Origin: an uncultured virus (IMG/VR IMGVR_UViG_3300029916_000002)
Lineage: Duplodnaviria; Heunggongvirae; Uroviricota; Caudoviricetes
IMG/VR virus record: IMGVR_UViG_3300029916_000002
Length of the DNA: 20,000 nt
Direction: 5' to 3' (one strand)
The notes beneath the pieces are model-generated. The model was given only the letters and a program-made list of their open reading frames with translations. It was not told the DNA's origin and did no database searches. Below, in pieces: positions 1-9,751 of this stretch. A program made the position numbers and the translations under genes. Numbering within the stretch: the first letter of the stretch is position 1; each line of letters begins with the position of its first letter.

Positions 1-1
1 T

Positions 2-1912
2 AGTGCTGGTAGTCTTGTATGTTATGTGCTTGGTATTACCGAAATTGATCCCATTGTACATAATTTGTTGTTTCAGCGTTTTATTGATATTAGTCGTGAC
101 GATTTGCCAGATATTGATATAGATTTTCCAGATGATAAACGCTATATGGTTTTCGATTATTTAAAAGAAAAATATGGCGTTGATTGCGTTGCAAAAGTTG
201 GTAGTGTGAATACATTAAAAGCATTATCTGTTATTGGAAAAGTAAGTGAAAAATTTAATTTAACGGATGCGGAAAATAGAAATATCAAAAACTCATTGGT
301 GGATTACGCCGCCAATGATGATCGTGCGGCTCATACTTTACGCGACACTTTATTGATGACAGATGAAGGGAAAGAATATGCAGAACTACACGAAAAAGCC
401 GCACAATGCATGGTTGCACTCGAAAATCACCCGTCACATTCAGGTGTTCATGCGGCTGGTATTTTAGTTTGTAATGAACCCATTAATAATTTTTGTACTG
501 TATCTTCATTGGGTATTGCTCAAATAGATAAAAAAGATATCGAGTATCTTAATCTATTAAAAATAGATGCATTAGGATTACGGACACTGAGCATTATTGA
601 AGATACTCATGCTATTGCCGCCGATGAGTTATATTCTTTACCGTTAGATGATAAAAACGTATTGGATATTTTGAATAACGATCGTGTATTAGGGATCTTT
701 CAGTTTGAAGGTGGCGCAGTCCGCAATGCCACTCGCTCTGTCTATGTCGATAAATTTTCTAAAATAGACAATTTGACAGCATTAGCGCGGCCAGGACCAT
801 TATCTTCTGGCATGGCAAATAAATATATATCACGCGCAAAGGGCACGACTCAGGTTGAATATGATTTCCCTGAACTTGAAAAACATCTAAAAGATACTTT
901 TGGCGTATTGCTTTATCAAGAACAGATTATGAATATCGTCCGAGAAGTTGGCGGACTTGATTGGAAAGAAACTTCCGCAGTAAGAAAGGCCATCGCAAAA
1001 AGTAAAGGCGATGAAGCCATTAACAAAATGAAAGGACATTTTATTGAAGGTGCTCTTAAAAAAAATATTCCAATCGAAAAACTTGAAAAATTATGGTCCG
1101 AGATTGTTCAATTTGGTGGTTATTGTTTTAATCAGGCTCATAGTTGCTCTTATGCTGTCGTCACTTATTGGACGTGCTATTTAAAATATTATCATCAATT
1201 AGAATTTTCGGCGGCTTGTCTTCGTGCGTCAAAAAGTGAAGAACAAACAATCGCAATATTGCGCGAACTTGTTAGAGAAGGCGTTGAATATACGGCGATC
1301 GATCCTGATTATAGCGAATTAAATTGGGTAGTTGCAGATGGTCGATTAATTGGCGGCATCATGAATGCGAAAGGCTATGGCGACGTTAAAGCGTTAAAAT
1401 ATATCGAAGCGAGAAACGCCGGTAAATTGACTGATAAACAAAAAGAACATTTAGCCAATGCAGAAGTACCCTATGCAGATTTGAAAGCGGCGCATACTTT
1501 GTTTGATAAATTTTATAAGAACGGTCGTCTGTTGGGTTTCGATAATATAGAATACATTCATAATATTGCCGATATTCCAAAAGGTCAGAACGGTTTTTTT
1601 ATTGCTAAATTAATGAAAAAGAAAATAAGTGATGAAAATGACGAACAGAGATTAAAAAGGCGCGGCGGAATAAGAAAAACTGGCAATACAAAGTTTATGG
1701 ATTTAGATTTCATTGACGATTCATTAGACGTTCCGATGAAATTTCGAATTAAAGCCGCCGATTATCCATTCCTACAGGAAAAAGCAGACGCCACGACTAA
1801 GGGAAAATGGTATTTAATTAGTGGTTGGCGTTTCCAAAATTACGATATGATATTCATTGAAAATTTAATGGAACTTGATAGCTCTTATATGGATAAAGAT
1901 AAGGTTGAATGA
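2..1912 (+). CDS. dnaE: DNA polymerase III alpha subunit, phage-encoded (5'-truncated by window edge)
   Basis: Frame is open from position 2 (SAGSLVCYVLGIT, end of the GRGS.AGS motif), so GTG 26 is not the real start. Has PDIDIDF catalytic motif, HAAG, LLKIDALGL, GIFQFE, LARPGP, YQEQIM, YCFNQAHS and HhH-like KGYG. Confidence 0.96.
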   Translation, partial: SAGSLVCYVLGITEIDPIVHNLLFQRFIDISRDDLPDIDIDFPDDKRYMVFDYLKEKYGVDCVAKVGSVNTLKALSVIGKVSEKFNLTDAENRNIKNSLVDYAANDDRAAHTLRDTLLMTDEGKEYAELHEKAAQCMVALENHPSHSGVHAAGILVCNEPINNFCTVSSLGIAQIDKKDIEYLNLLKIDALGLRTLSIIEDTHAIAADELYSLPLDDKNVLDILNNDRVLGIFQFEGGAVRNATRSVYVDKFSKIDNLTALARPGPLSSGMANKYISRAKGTTQVEYDFPELEKHLKDTFGVLLYQEQIMNIVREVGGLDWKETSAVRKAIAKSKGDEAINKMKGHFIEGALKKNIPIEKLEKLWSEIVQFGGYCFNQAHSCSYAVVTYWTCYLKYYHQLEFSAACLRASKSEEQTIAILRELVREGVEYTAIDPDYSELNWVVADGRLIGGIMNAKGYGDVKALKYIEARNAGKLTDKQKEHLANAEVPYADLKAAHTLFDKFYKNGRLLGFDNIEYIHNIADIPKGQNGFFIAKLMKKKISDENDEQRLKRRGGIRKTGNTKFMDLDFIDDSLDVPMKFRIKAADYPFLQEKADATTKGKWYLISGWRFQNYDMIFIENLMELDSSYMDKDKVE

Positions 1913-2316
1913 TGTCGAGACCAGAAGATAACGAGTGGAAAGCGTTCCAAGGATGGGCGCAAGGAAAATTAAAGTTAAATCGCGTTGAAAATATTTTAGG
2001 GGATGGGATGCCAGATGTAATCGGAACAAATTGCCATGGAGTAGGATTCTGGCTAGAATTAAAAGATCTTGCTGATTGGCCTGTCAGAGATACCACTTGC
2101 CCATTGCATAAAAAATTTAGACCAGGGCAATTACCATTTTTGCTCGACTGGAAAAGTTGGGGATTTAATACTTACGTCCTGCTTAGGGTAAAAAAGATTT
2201 TTTACTTAGTTAATCCTATCGATGGACTGGATAAAGTAACAAAGGAAGAATTACCAAGATATTTCATTAAAGTGGGAATAAAAGATATTCTTGAATATTT
2301 GCGAGAATTAAAATAA
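1909..2316 (+). CDS. PD-(D/E)xK nuclease, VRR-NUC / Holliday-junction resolvase-like
   Basis: RVEN..GDGMPDV...FWLELK and RPGQ..F motifs; ATGA overlap with the dnaE stop. Confidence 0.8.
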   Translation: MMSRPEDNEWKAFQGWAQGKLKLNRVENILGDGMPDVIGTNCHGVGFWLELKDLADWPVRDTTCPLHKKFRPGQLPFLLDWKSWGFNTYVLLRVKKIFYLVNPIDGLDKVTKEELPRYFIKVGIKDILEYLRELK

Positions 2317-3818
2317 TGAAAAATAAACCGATGAAACATCAAGAAACTGGACTAGAACTTAGCCGAAATAAAAGGAATTTTGCTTTTTTGATGGAACAGG
2401 GAACAGGTAAAACTTATTTAACTCTAGCAGATGTAGAAAGACTTTTTAAGGCGCGTTTAATAAACGCTTTGATGGTCGTTGCGCCGAATGGCGTTCACAG
2501 TAATTGGGTATTGCGCGAGATCCCTAAACATATGGATATGTTTGTTATTTCCCATTATTGGCAAACTCAAGTGCAAACATTACGTGAAGGTAAAAAATAT
2601 GAGGCGTTGTTTGCAAATCATTACCCGTCGAACACTCAACCATTGCGCGTTTTTGCTATTAATATCGATGCATTAAACGCAAAAAAAGGATTTGCGGCGG
2701 CGGAAAGATTTTTAAAAGAATTCAAAGTTTTGATGGTTGTTGATGAGTCATCACGCATTAAAAATCCCTACGCTATTCGCACTAAAAAGGCTATTCGTCT
2801 AGGCAGACAAGCTACGGCGCGGCGAATTCTTAACGGTACTCCAATCACTAAAGCGCCGACAGATTTATTTTCCCAATTTGAATTTTTAGATCATGCATTG
2901 TTAGGAACATCGTCTTATCGGGCATTCGTCTCTGAATTTTCCGTACTCCTGCCAGACGATGACGATAAAATGCGAGCTATTAAACGTAAGATGGTTAGAT
3001 CGCCAGAATTGCCGCAAATCGTTGCGAAGGATGCGAACGGAAATCCGATGTATCGGAATCTCGACAAGCTGACTAATTTAATCGCGCCTCATTGCTATAG
3101 AGTAACGAAAGCAGAATGTCTGGATCTTCCACCGAAAGTTTATCAAGCAATTGATTTTGAATTATCGACCGAACAAAGAAAAGTTTATGATAAATTATAT
3201 AACGATCACCTTTATCTTTTCCCCGATGGCGACATCATGAAATCGGTAAGTTTTGAGGGGATTGCCGTTCGTTCGAAACTTAAACAAATTACGTCTGGGT
3301 TTATTAATATTTACGGCGAACCTGTTTTAATGCCGCCAAATGATAACCCGCGTATGCTGTTGTTCCGCGATTATTTGGAAGATCTTTATATCTCTGGAAA
3401 ACAATTTTTAGTATGGGCAATATATAAAGAAGAAATCCGGCAAATCATGGCAGCGTTAAAAGAATACGGAATTATCAGCGCGGCGTATACTGGCGACACA
3501 TCAAAAACAGATCGCGACAATATCATCGATGATATTGCATCAGGAAGTTTGCAATGCGCAGTCCTACAAGCGCAGGCTGGCGGAGTAGGAATCGAATTTA
3601 CAAAAGCAACAACATCAATTTATTATAGTTGCTCCGAAGATAATTATTTACGTTTGCAATCCGAGGATCGGAACCATAGGATCGGAACGACCGAATCTGT
3701 ATTGTATCTCGATTTTCTGGCGATGAATACGATAGACCAAAATATTTATAATAATAGAATGTTCAAAAATTACATTGCTGGAGTGGTTTTAGATAGTGAC
3801 TCAATGAACAGATCGTGA
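2316..3818 (+). CDS. SNF2-family (SF2) DNA helicase/translocase
   Basis: Motif I MEQGTGKT, II VVDESS, III LNGTP, LDLPPK, VI QSEDRNHRIG; TAATG overlap with the upstream gene. Confidence 0.92.
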   Translation: MKNKPMKHQETGLELSRNKRNFAFLMEQGTGKTYLTLADVERLFKARLINALMVVAPNGVHSNWVLREIPKHMDMFVISHYWQTQVQTLREGKKYEALFANHYPSNTQPLRVFAINIDALNAKKGFAAAERFLKEFKVLMVVDESSRIKNPYAIRTKKAIRLGRQATARRILNGTPITKAPTDLFSQFEFLDHALLGTSSYRAFVSEFSVLLPDDDDKMRAIKRKMVRSPELPQIVAKDANGNPMYRNLDKLTNLIAPHCYRVTKAECLDLPPKVYQAIDFELSTEQRKVYDKLYNDHLYLFPDGDIMKSVSFEGIAVRSKLKQITSGFINIYGEPVLMPPNDNPRMLLFRDYLEDLYISGKQFLVWAIYKEEIRQIMAALKEYGIISAAYTGDTSKTDRDNIIDDIASGSLQCAVLQAQAGGVGIEFTKATTSIYYSCSEDNYLRLQSEDRNHRIGTTESVLYLDFLAMNTIDQNIYNNRMFKNYIAGVVLDSDSMNRS

Positions 3819-3824
3819 TATTAT
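3796..3824 (+). promoter_or_regulatory. Putative sigma70 promoter (GTGACT-17-TATTAT with extended -10 TG)
   Basis: 17-bp spacer and TGn before the -10 box; followed by SD GAGG and ATG 3852. Confidence 0.5.
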
Positions 3825-3851
3825 AGTATTTCATAATCAAGAGGGTATAAA

Positions 3852-4553
3852 ATGACTAATATCGAGAAAACGACGACTCAAGATCCTGAAGAAGTGCCGG
3901 AACTTGATTTTTTAGTAGGCGATGTACCGCAGGTGGTTTCCGAAACTACTCTTGAAAGGTTGGGTGCACTTGCAGAAACGGCGCAGAATTTAACGGACGA
4001 AATTAACAAGGATGATGAAGAACTTTCCGAAAAATCGAAGGAGCTTGCAAATATTTTGCGTGTTCTGATCCCAAATATCATGGATACTCTTGAAATGAAA
4101 GAATATACCATGATGTCCGGCGTAAAAATTTCGGTGATAAATAAAGTTCAGGCGTCGATTGCTGAAAAAAATAAACCAGCGGCCTTTGCGTGGTTGAATA
4201 AATACAATTTTGGCGGCATGATTAAGACTACGATTATATCAGAATTCGGCAAAGAAGAAGTAGAAAACGCCGAAAAGACATTAAAGATGCTGAAAGAACA
4301 AGGCGTTTCAGCAGAAATCGTTCAATCAGTTCACGCCCTGACGTTAAAATCGTTTGTCAAGGAACGTTTGGCGGCGGTTGAAGAAGTACGGAATAAGGTG
4401 ACTGAAGAAGAAAAGCAAGCGACAATCGACGGTCAAGAATTTGCAGCTTTTGACGATGAAACAAGTGATGTTGAAAAAATTCCGCCGATCCCTCAAGATA
4501 TCTTTGGCGTTTTCACGTTCAAAGAAGCCAAAATAGTTGTCCCTAAAAAATAA
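3852..4553 (+). CDS. Conserved phage replication-module protein (acidic, N-terminal coiled coil)
   Basis: 233 aa with good SD. AFAWL...GGMIK and VH..TLKSFVKE pattern is typical of the gene preceding phage SSB/annealing genes. Confidence 0.6.
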   Translation: MTNIEKTTTQDPEEVPELDFLVGDVPQVVSETTLERLGALAETAQNLTDEINKDDEELSEKSKELANILRVLIPNIMDTLEMKEYTMMSGVKISVINKVQASIAEKNKPAAFAWLNKYNFGGMIKTTIISEFGKEEVENAEKTLKMLKEQGVSAEIVQSVHALTLKSFVKERLAAVEEVRNKVTEEEKQATIDGQEFAAFDDETSDVEKIPPIPQDIFGVFTFKEAKIVVPKK

Positions 4554-4574
4554 TTTCACATAGAGAGCGAATAC

Positions 4575-5483
4575 ATGAGCACATCAAAAGAAATTGCAGC
4601 AAAAGAACAAACTTTTACCCCGGCTGTTGAAGAAACAAAAAATTTACCGGCAACGGCGTTGGAATTCGATGATGACGAAGCGGGCGCTGGCCTTGAGAAT
4701 GCAGACATTGAATCGTTTGCTATTCCGTTTTTGCAGATCATGCAGAAAGGAACTCCGGCAGTAGACGAAGATAAACCGCAATATATCCCTGGCGCGAAGG
4801 CTGGCATGTTATTCAACTCCGTGACGCGTAAATGTTACGATGGAAAAGCAGGTATCGATATTATTCCTGTTTATTATGAACGTACTTATATTCGTTGGGG
4901 CGGTCGTAAAGGAGCCAATCCCGGTTTTAAAGGCGTACTTCAACTGGAAGAAATGGATAAACTGAAACGAGATCCGACGCAAGTCAAAGAAATAGAAGGT
5001 AAATTTTATGCCGTAGAAAAAGACGGCACCGTAGATGTGCAAAAAAGCGATTATTTCGCCGATACGCGCAGTCATTTTATCTATATCATCGATCCCGATA
5101 CCGGCGAATACAGTCGCGCTCTGTTTCCGTTAACCTCGTCGCAGGTTAAATCATCAAAAATACTGATGACGTTGTTGAAAGAAAAATTGGTGATCCGCAA
5201 GGACGGCAAAAAAATTAATCCGCCGACTTACGCCAATGTTATTCACGTCACAACAACTGCTCTTTCGGACAATCAGGGAAATACATGGTCAGGCGTTGAA
5301 TTCACTCCGGTCCGCTTGTTGAATGGTGCAGACGTTGAACTTTATACGGCGGCTAAGCAATTCCACAACGATGTCAAAGGAAATACGGTTCCGGTCGACT
5401 ATTCCAAGGCGGATTACAACAACGGGGCGGCGGAAGAAGACGAAACCACTTACGATAAACCGAAAGAAGCTAAAACTTTTTAA
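4575..5483 (+). CDS. Putative single-stranded DNA-binding/annealing protein
   Basis: 302 aa; AG.GLEN...IPFLQI.Q..TP...YI.GAKAG.LFNSVT pattern, acidic C-terminal tail ending in F, replication context. Confidence 0.6.
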   Translation: MSTSKEIAAKEQTFTPAVEETKNLPATALEFDDDEAGAGLENADIESFAIPFLQIMQKGTPAVDEDKPQYIPGAKAGMLFNSVTRKCYDGKAGIDIIPVYYERTYIRWGGRKGANPGFKGVLQLEEMDKLKRDPTQVKEIEGKFYAVEKDGTVDVQKSDYFADTRSHFIYIIDPDTGEYSRALFPLTSSQVKSSKILMTLLKEKLVIRKDGKKINPPTYANVIHVTTTALSDNQGNTWSGVEFTPVRLLNGADVELYTAAKQFHNDVKGNTVPVDYSKADYNNGAAEEDETTYDKPKEAKTF

Positions 5484-5491
5484 TTCACTGT

Positions 5492-5514
5492 CGCGGCTGT
5501 CATGGCCGCGCTTT
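5492..5514 (+). terminator. Putative intrinsic terminator
   Basis: CGCGGC(T)-GTCAT-(G)GCCGCG stem 8 nt after the stop, with only a short T tract (CTTT). Confidence 0.5.
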
Positions 5515-5560
5515 GATTGGAGAATAATAATGTTTAATATATTTAAAAGTAAAATAGATA

Positions 5561-5650
5561 GTGGTGAATAATGGGTTGATCACGATAATATTTTTTGCAT
5601 TATTCATATTAATATTATTCTTCATGTTCTCTCTTAATATAGGATTTTAA
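5561..5650 (+). CDS. Putative small single-TM peptide (not in ORF track)
   Basis: GTG-start 29-aa ORF ..NNGLITIIFFALFILILFFMFSLNIGF; overlaps the stop of a 13-aa SD-led ORF (5530-5571) and ends 2 nt before the next ATG. Confidence 0.4.
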   Translation: MVNNGLITIIFFALFILILFFMFSLNIGF

Positions 5651-5652
5651 TC

Positions 5653-6048
5653 ATGTCTAGTGTATATGTCACTTGCTGTACTCCAAAAAGCAAACCTGTT
5701 TTACATGTCGAAGATTTTAAAAAATTTTATGTTAATCTTACAGATGTCGGCGGCGATGGTCAGCCAGAAAGAGCATGGCATTTTGATGCCGGTCATCATG
5801 GCCGAATTTCTATTTTAAGTCGCGGGACGGGATTTGAATACCGTGATGTAGAAACGGGATACCGCGATACGTGGTCAATGGTAGCAAGGGGACATGATAA
5901 TTATGGAAAGAATTTTTGGCTTGCATCAGGGCATTTGGATATAAGGGATAGGATTCTTTATAATGATGGAGAAATGAGTTGGGATGATGCAGTTGCCTGG
6001 ATTAAAGAACGCGCAAATACGTGTATTGGAGTCGAAGATGTGGAGTGA
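5653..6048 (+). CDS. Hypothetical phage protein
   Basis: 131 aa, SD AGGA upstream; no recognised motif. Confidence 0.75.
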   Translation: MSSVYVTCCTPKSKPVLHVEDFKKFYVNLTDVGGDGQPERAWHFDAGHHGRISILSRGTGFEYRDVETGYRDTWSMVARGHDNYGKNFWLASGHLDIRDRILYNDGEMSWDDAVAWIKERANTCIGVEDVE

Positions 6049-6128
6049 TCTTACTAAACCGTTAGGCGCGATTTTATGGATATTAGCTATTTGGCTTATT
6101 ATTAAATTATTTTAAGGGAAATAAATAA

Positions 6129-6296
6129 ATGAATAAGTTTATTGTATTGGTTTTTTACGCTTCTTTTATTATTAATTTTTACCGTACTATTTATTTCACA
6201 ATAAAACAAGTATTGCGACCAATGAGAGACACTTTTTTCATTTGGTCTATTATATACGGTTTTTGTGCATTCTACACAACAGTGCATTGGTGGTAA
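6129..6296 (+). CDS. Small membrane protein, ~2 hydrophobic segments (not in ORF track)
   Basis: 55 aa MNKFIVLVFYASFIINFY...FFIWSIIYGFCAFYTTVHWW; SD-like AAGGG; stop 2 nt before the MTase ATG. Confidence 0.55.
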   Translation: MNKFIVLVFYASFIINFYRTIYFTIKQVLRPMRDTFFIWSIIYGFCAFYTTVHWW

Positions 6297-6298
6297 TT

Positions 6299-6823
6299 AT
6301 GGACTACGAAGAAAGTAGCAGTACGACGCCGTTAATATTAAAGGATTCGTGGGGAACACCAAAGCCAGTTTATCGATATTATGATAAACGATTTAACTTT
6401 GTCGCCGATGTCGCGGCCAGTTCTACCAATGCTTTACATAAAAATTTTATTGATGAACGGTCAGACTCGCTTAAAGTTCCTTGGGATTTGTTTGGTAAAG
6501 CGCCTTATTATGTATGGTGTAATCCACCTTATTCTGACATTACGCCCTGGATAAGAAAAGCCGCAGCGGAAAGAGATTTGCGTAAAATCGGTACTGTTAT
6601 GTTATTACCGAATCAAACTGCAACAACATGGTTTAAAGAGGGACTTTCTACGTGCGATGAATTTGTTATCGTAACAAAAGGAAGATTTTCTTTTATAAAC
6701 GGATTCACTTTATTGCCAGACGGATCGCCGCGCCTAGGTTCAGTATTTTTTATATGGCATCCAATATCTACCAATAAACTAAAAATGAAGACTGTCGATC
6801 GTGATACATTAATGAGAGCGTAA
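6299..6823 (+). CDS. dam: Phage N6-adenine DNA methyltransferase (phage Dam family)
   Basis: W.TP, F..DVAAS..NA and WCNPPYS motifs; start reassigned to ATG 6299 (SD GGTGG). Confidence 0.88.
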   Translation: MDYEESSSTTPLILKDSWGTPKPVYRYYDKRFNFVADVAASSTNALHKNFIDERSDSLKVPWDLFGKAPYYVWCNPPYSDITPWIRKAAAERDLRKIGTVMLLPNQTATTWFKEGLSTCDEFVIVTKGRFSFINGFTLLPDGSPRLGSVFFIWHPISTNKLKMKTVDRDTLMRA

Positions 6824-6837
6824 TTAAGGAAATTATA

Positions 6838-6930
6838 ATGCAGTATTTTATTCCTCAACTAATATTAGATAAATATCAAAAAGTCGTCCTACTAAATTAC
6901 GGTATATTTATTGGACGAAACGTGGAATAA
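6838..6930 (+). CDS. Putative 30-aa peptide (not in ORF track)
   Basis: Strong SD TAAGGA 8 nt before ATG; MQYFIPQLILDKYQKVVLLNYGIFIGRNVE. Confidence 0.4.
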   Translation: MQYFIPQLILDKYQKVVLLNYGIFIGRNVE

Positions 6931-6994
6931 TAGCCAGACGTGCATTAACCTTGCTCGCTTTAGTTTCGGTTAAGCCTCAAAAGGATGTAAGTAT

Positions 6995-7474
6995 ATGAAT
7001 TCTAAAGAGTTATTCCTCAATATTTATCAAATTAAAGCAGATCCAGCCCTGAGATTCAACTTTCCATTAAGGAATATTAATCATTTTGATAGAAACGTCG
7101 CCGTTCATATCGCCCGTAATTCGGGAAAGCATATTAGTCATATCACGATGGAATTTCCCGGTACTAAGGCTTGCTATTTATGCGTATTAACGTTCAACAC
7201 ACCAAATGATTTAGGCATTGGATTATTTGGCTTCGCAATGATGCACATCAAATTAACTCTTCCTCAAAAAGCCCTTGTATTATTGTCATGTCTTAAGTTT
7301 CTCATCGACAATAAATTGCTTAACGCAGACTTTAATTATTTTAAAGAAAAAATATCAATGGATCTCAACGATTCAGGTCGTGTCGTTCTTGACCAATATG
7401 ATAAAGTTTGCGCAGCGACTCATTCTTTTCTTAAGGAACAAGAAACGGCCAGTACTCAAGATACTCTCGATTAA
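6995..7474 (+). CDS. Hypothetical protein upstream of the VirE/VapE ATPase (possible replication partner)
   Basis: 159 aa, SD AAGGA; function suggested by position only. Confidence 0.7.
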   Translation: MNSKELFLNIYQIKADPALRFNFPLRNINHFDRNVAVHIARNSGKHISHITMEFPGTKACYLCVLTFNTPNDLGIGLFGFAMMHIKLTLPQKALVLLSCLKFLIDNKLLNADFNYFKEKISMDLNDSGRVVLDQYDKVCAATHSFLKEQETASTQDTLD

Positions 7475-7496
7475 AAATTTTCGGGAGATATTTTAA

Positions 7497-9233
7497 ATGT
7501 CAACTAAAGGTAAAAAAGATGAATCAGTTAATTCTGACAGCGTTCTTGATAGGATCGGGCGTGTTCTTGACGCAAACGGCGATCCATCTGACAATTTTAC
7601 TCTCGAAGACGGACAGACGGCAATTGAAAGCCAAAATACAATTAATGCGCAAGCGGAGGCTAGAGCAAGAAAAAGCCGAATTCTAAAGCAAAATGAGGAA
7701 TCTGAATTCGAGCGCAAAAAGATTTATAAGGTGAAAGACATTATTGAAAGGGCTAAGGCTCTATCATTGCTAGGGCAGAATGCAATAAAATATATTCATT
7801 TTATTAAATCAAAACAAAACAAAGATCATCCGATTGAAATTTCCGTACGGCCCAATCCTGCCAGTGAATTAAATTTGATGGCAGTTTTTGACGCGTTGTA
7901 TGATTACGGATCTGGCTCCGTTCCATTTCCACATCAAGACACGTTCGGGCAAAGGTTAGTAGACGAATTTGGGGAACCACTAACAAATAAAAATATCCGT
8001 ATTCGTGATTTAATGACGGCTATTAATATTTGCGGAATGGACAATCCACGTTCGATTAATGTTCTTGCCGCGCTGAAAACATGGGCCGTGGATCATGAGT
8101 CAGATTTTCTGCAAGATCATTTTGAGAAAACAATTCCAAAATGGGACGGTATTAGTCGCCTGGAAACGGAACTCATTAAAATATTTGGTTCAGATGATAC
8201 GAAGTTGAATAAAGAATTTGGTCGTTATTTTTGGTTATCGTTATATAACCGAATAATGAAGCCAGGATCATTTGCTCCGTTATCGCTGGCATTAATAGGT
8301 GCTCAACGTTCAGGAAAATCTTATTTTTGTGTCCTGTTGTGCAAATATTTAATGGGTGATGAAAAGTATAAACCAGTACAGTTAGATTTAAGCGTTAATA
8401 ATTACAATAATTTTCTGCGTGATATTACAGGGAAATCCATTGTTGCGAATGTTGGCGAACAAATAGGTTTAAAAAGCGGTGACCTTAAGCGCATTAAAGA
8501 ATTTGTGCCTAAAGCCGCCGACGATTTAAATTTTAAATTCGAGAATTCTATAACGAAAGCTCGACAATGGATCGTCGTAATGGATGGTAACTCATACGAA
8601 GGTTTGCAACGTGACGAAACAGGCAACCGGCGTTTTTATCCGATGTTTGTCGGACAGTTACCGGATAAAGATGGACAGCCGGATTGGAAAAAAGAATTTA
8701 AAGCAGACTTCAGTACATTTGAACAGGATCTCTGGCAAATAATGGCAGAATGCCGTGCGTGGATGGAAGAACATTCACAGGTGGATTATGTTAAAGTTGT
8801 GGATGATATTAGTCTTAACGTCATGCAGTTTTCAGAAAAGGAACAGTCTTCGCTACGTGGCATTATTAAAGACCGTTTCATTGAAGATAACTTACTGGAT
8901 ATTTTGCTACACTGTAATTTTAGAAAAGTAGGAAAGAATTCAAAGGAACAAGGGTGGTTTACTTCTACTTTTGAAATTTTACAACAATTCTTAAACAGAA
9001 AAAAGAAGGAGCCGTTTTCAAAAACATTAAAGATGTACATGGAGGGATATGGTTTTGTTACCAAGCAAATAGCCTATCGCGGATATTTTCTAACGCGTGA
9101 TTTAAGCGAAAGAGATTTTAAACTTTATTTATTGCGCGGCGGTAAACCTGAGAAACAATTTAGCTCAGATGAATTAAAAGAATTCGAATTAGAATGTGAT
9201 CGGTTAATTAGCAAAAATTCAGGATCTTTTTAA
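7497..9233 (+). CDS. VirE/VapE-family P-loop ATPase (replicative helicase, often annotated 'primase')
   Basis: PKWDG.SRLE, Walker A GAQRSGKS and the DETGNRRFYP signature. Confidence 0.88.
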   Translation: MSTKGKKDESVNSDSVLDRIGRVLDANGDPSDNFTLEDGQTAIESQNTINAQAEARARKSRILKQNEESEFERKKIYKVKDIIERAKALSLLGQNAIKYIHFIKSKQNKDHPIEISVRPNPASELNLMAVFDALYDYGSGSVPFPHQDTFGQRLVDEFGEPLTNKNIRIRDLMTAINICGMDNPRSINVLAALKTWAVDHESDFLQDHFEKTIPKWDGISRLETELIKIFGSDDTKLNKEFGRYFWLSLYNRIMKPGSFAPLSLALIGAQRSGKSYFCVLLCKYLMGDEKYKPVQLDLSVNNYNNFLRDITGKSIVANVGEQIGLKSGDLKRIKEFVPKAADDLNFKFENSITKARQWIVVMDGNSYEGLQRDETGNRRFYPMFVGQLPDKDGQPDWKKEFKADFSTFEQDLWQIMAECRAWMEEHSQVDYVKVVDDISLNVMQFSEKEQSSLRGIIKDRFIEDNLLDILLHCNFRKVGKNSKEQGWFTSTFEILQQFLNRKKKEPFSKTLKMYMEGYGFVTKQIAYRGYFLTRDLSERDFKLYLLRGGKPEKQFSSDELKEFELECDRLISKNSGSF

Positions 9234-9267
9234 AGTGAGGTTGATATGACGACCTAATGAGGATAAA

Positions 9268-9669
9268 ATGAACTTTCTTAAAAGTGTTTGGCAAAAAATT
9301 AAACAATGGTTTAGTAAAGATGTTCAATCAAAACTAAAGGTGAATTCTATGAGCGATGCAAGCGTAATTAATAATGAAGTTAAACCGATTCAGATTGTTG
9401 ACGGTGTCGCAAATGTCATCAGTGATCCTCTCCAAGCTCAGCCGCAGCCCATTGCTCCGGTTCAAACTGGCGTGCTCCCATCAGCCGCGAATGTTAATAC
9501 TGTAACAACCGGCACTAAAACTGTAGCCGTTAATTCTGGCGTACCGGTAAAGGTTGCCCGGACGCTACAGGATAAAATATCGTTATATAAGAAATTCAAA
9601 GAAGTATTGGGAGAGGACTTTGACGATGTTGAAGCCGATTTCATCAATATCTTGGACAAACTTATCTAG
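9268..9669 (+). CDS. Hypothetical protein with amphipathic N-terminal helix
   Basis: 133 aa, SD GAGGA; low-complexity P/Q/V/T middle; followed by a terminator. Confidence 0.7.
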   Translation: MNFLKSVWQKIKQWFSKDVQSKLKVNSMSDASVINNEVKPIQIVDGVANVISDPLQAQPQPIAPVQTGVLPSAANVNTVTTGTKTVAVNSGVPVKVARTLQDKISLYKKFKEVLGEDFDDVEADFINILDKLI

Positions 9670-9711
9670 ATATAGTAGTCAGTCATCCATGGTAGTTTAT
9701 TGAAACACTTT

Positions 9712-9736
9712 AGCCGCAACTATTTGCGGCTTTTTT
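9712..9736 (+). terminator. Intrinsic terminator
   Basis: AGCCGCAA-CTAT-TTGCGGCT perfect 8-bp stem followed by a T run. Confidence 0.88.
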
Positions 9737-9751
9737 ATCACCGAAATAAAA

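Noticed and set aside
2734..2757. Helicase motif II reads DESS instead of DExH
   Set aside because: DES[ST] variants are common in phage SNF2-like helicases and the other motifs are intact.
6299..6823. Restriction-modification system
   Set aside because: No cognate endonuclease nearby; orphan phage Dam-type MTases are common.
6942..6975. TTAACC...GGTTAA hairpin upstream of the 159-aa gene
   Set aside because: Weak AT-rich 6-bp stem with a large loop; not enough for a regulatory RNA call.
1386..9659. Short antisense or alternate-frame ORFs inside the replication genes
   Set aside because: Fully nested in well-supported genes, with no motifs or RBS noted.
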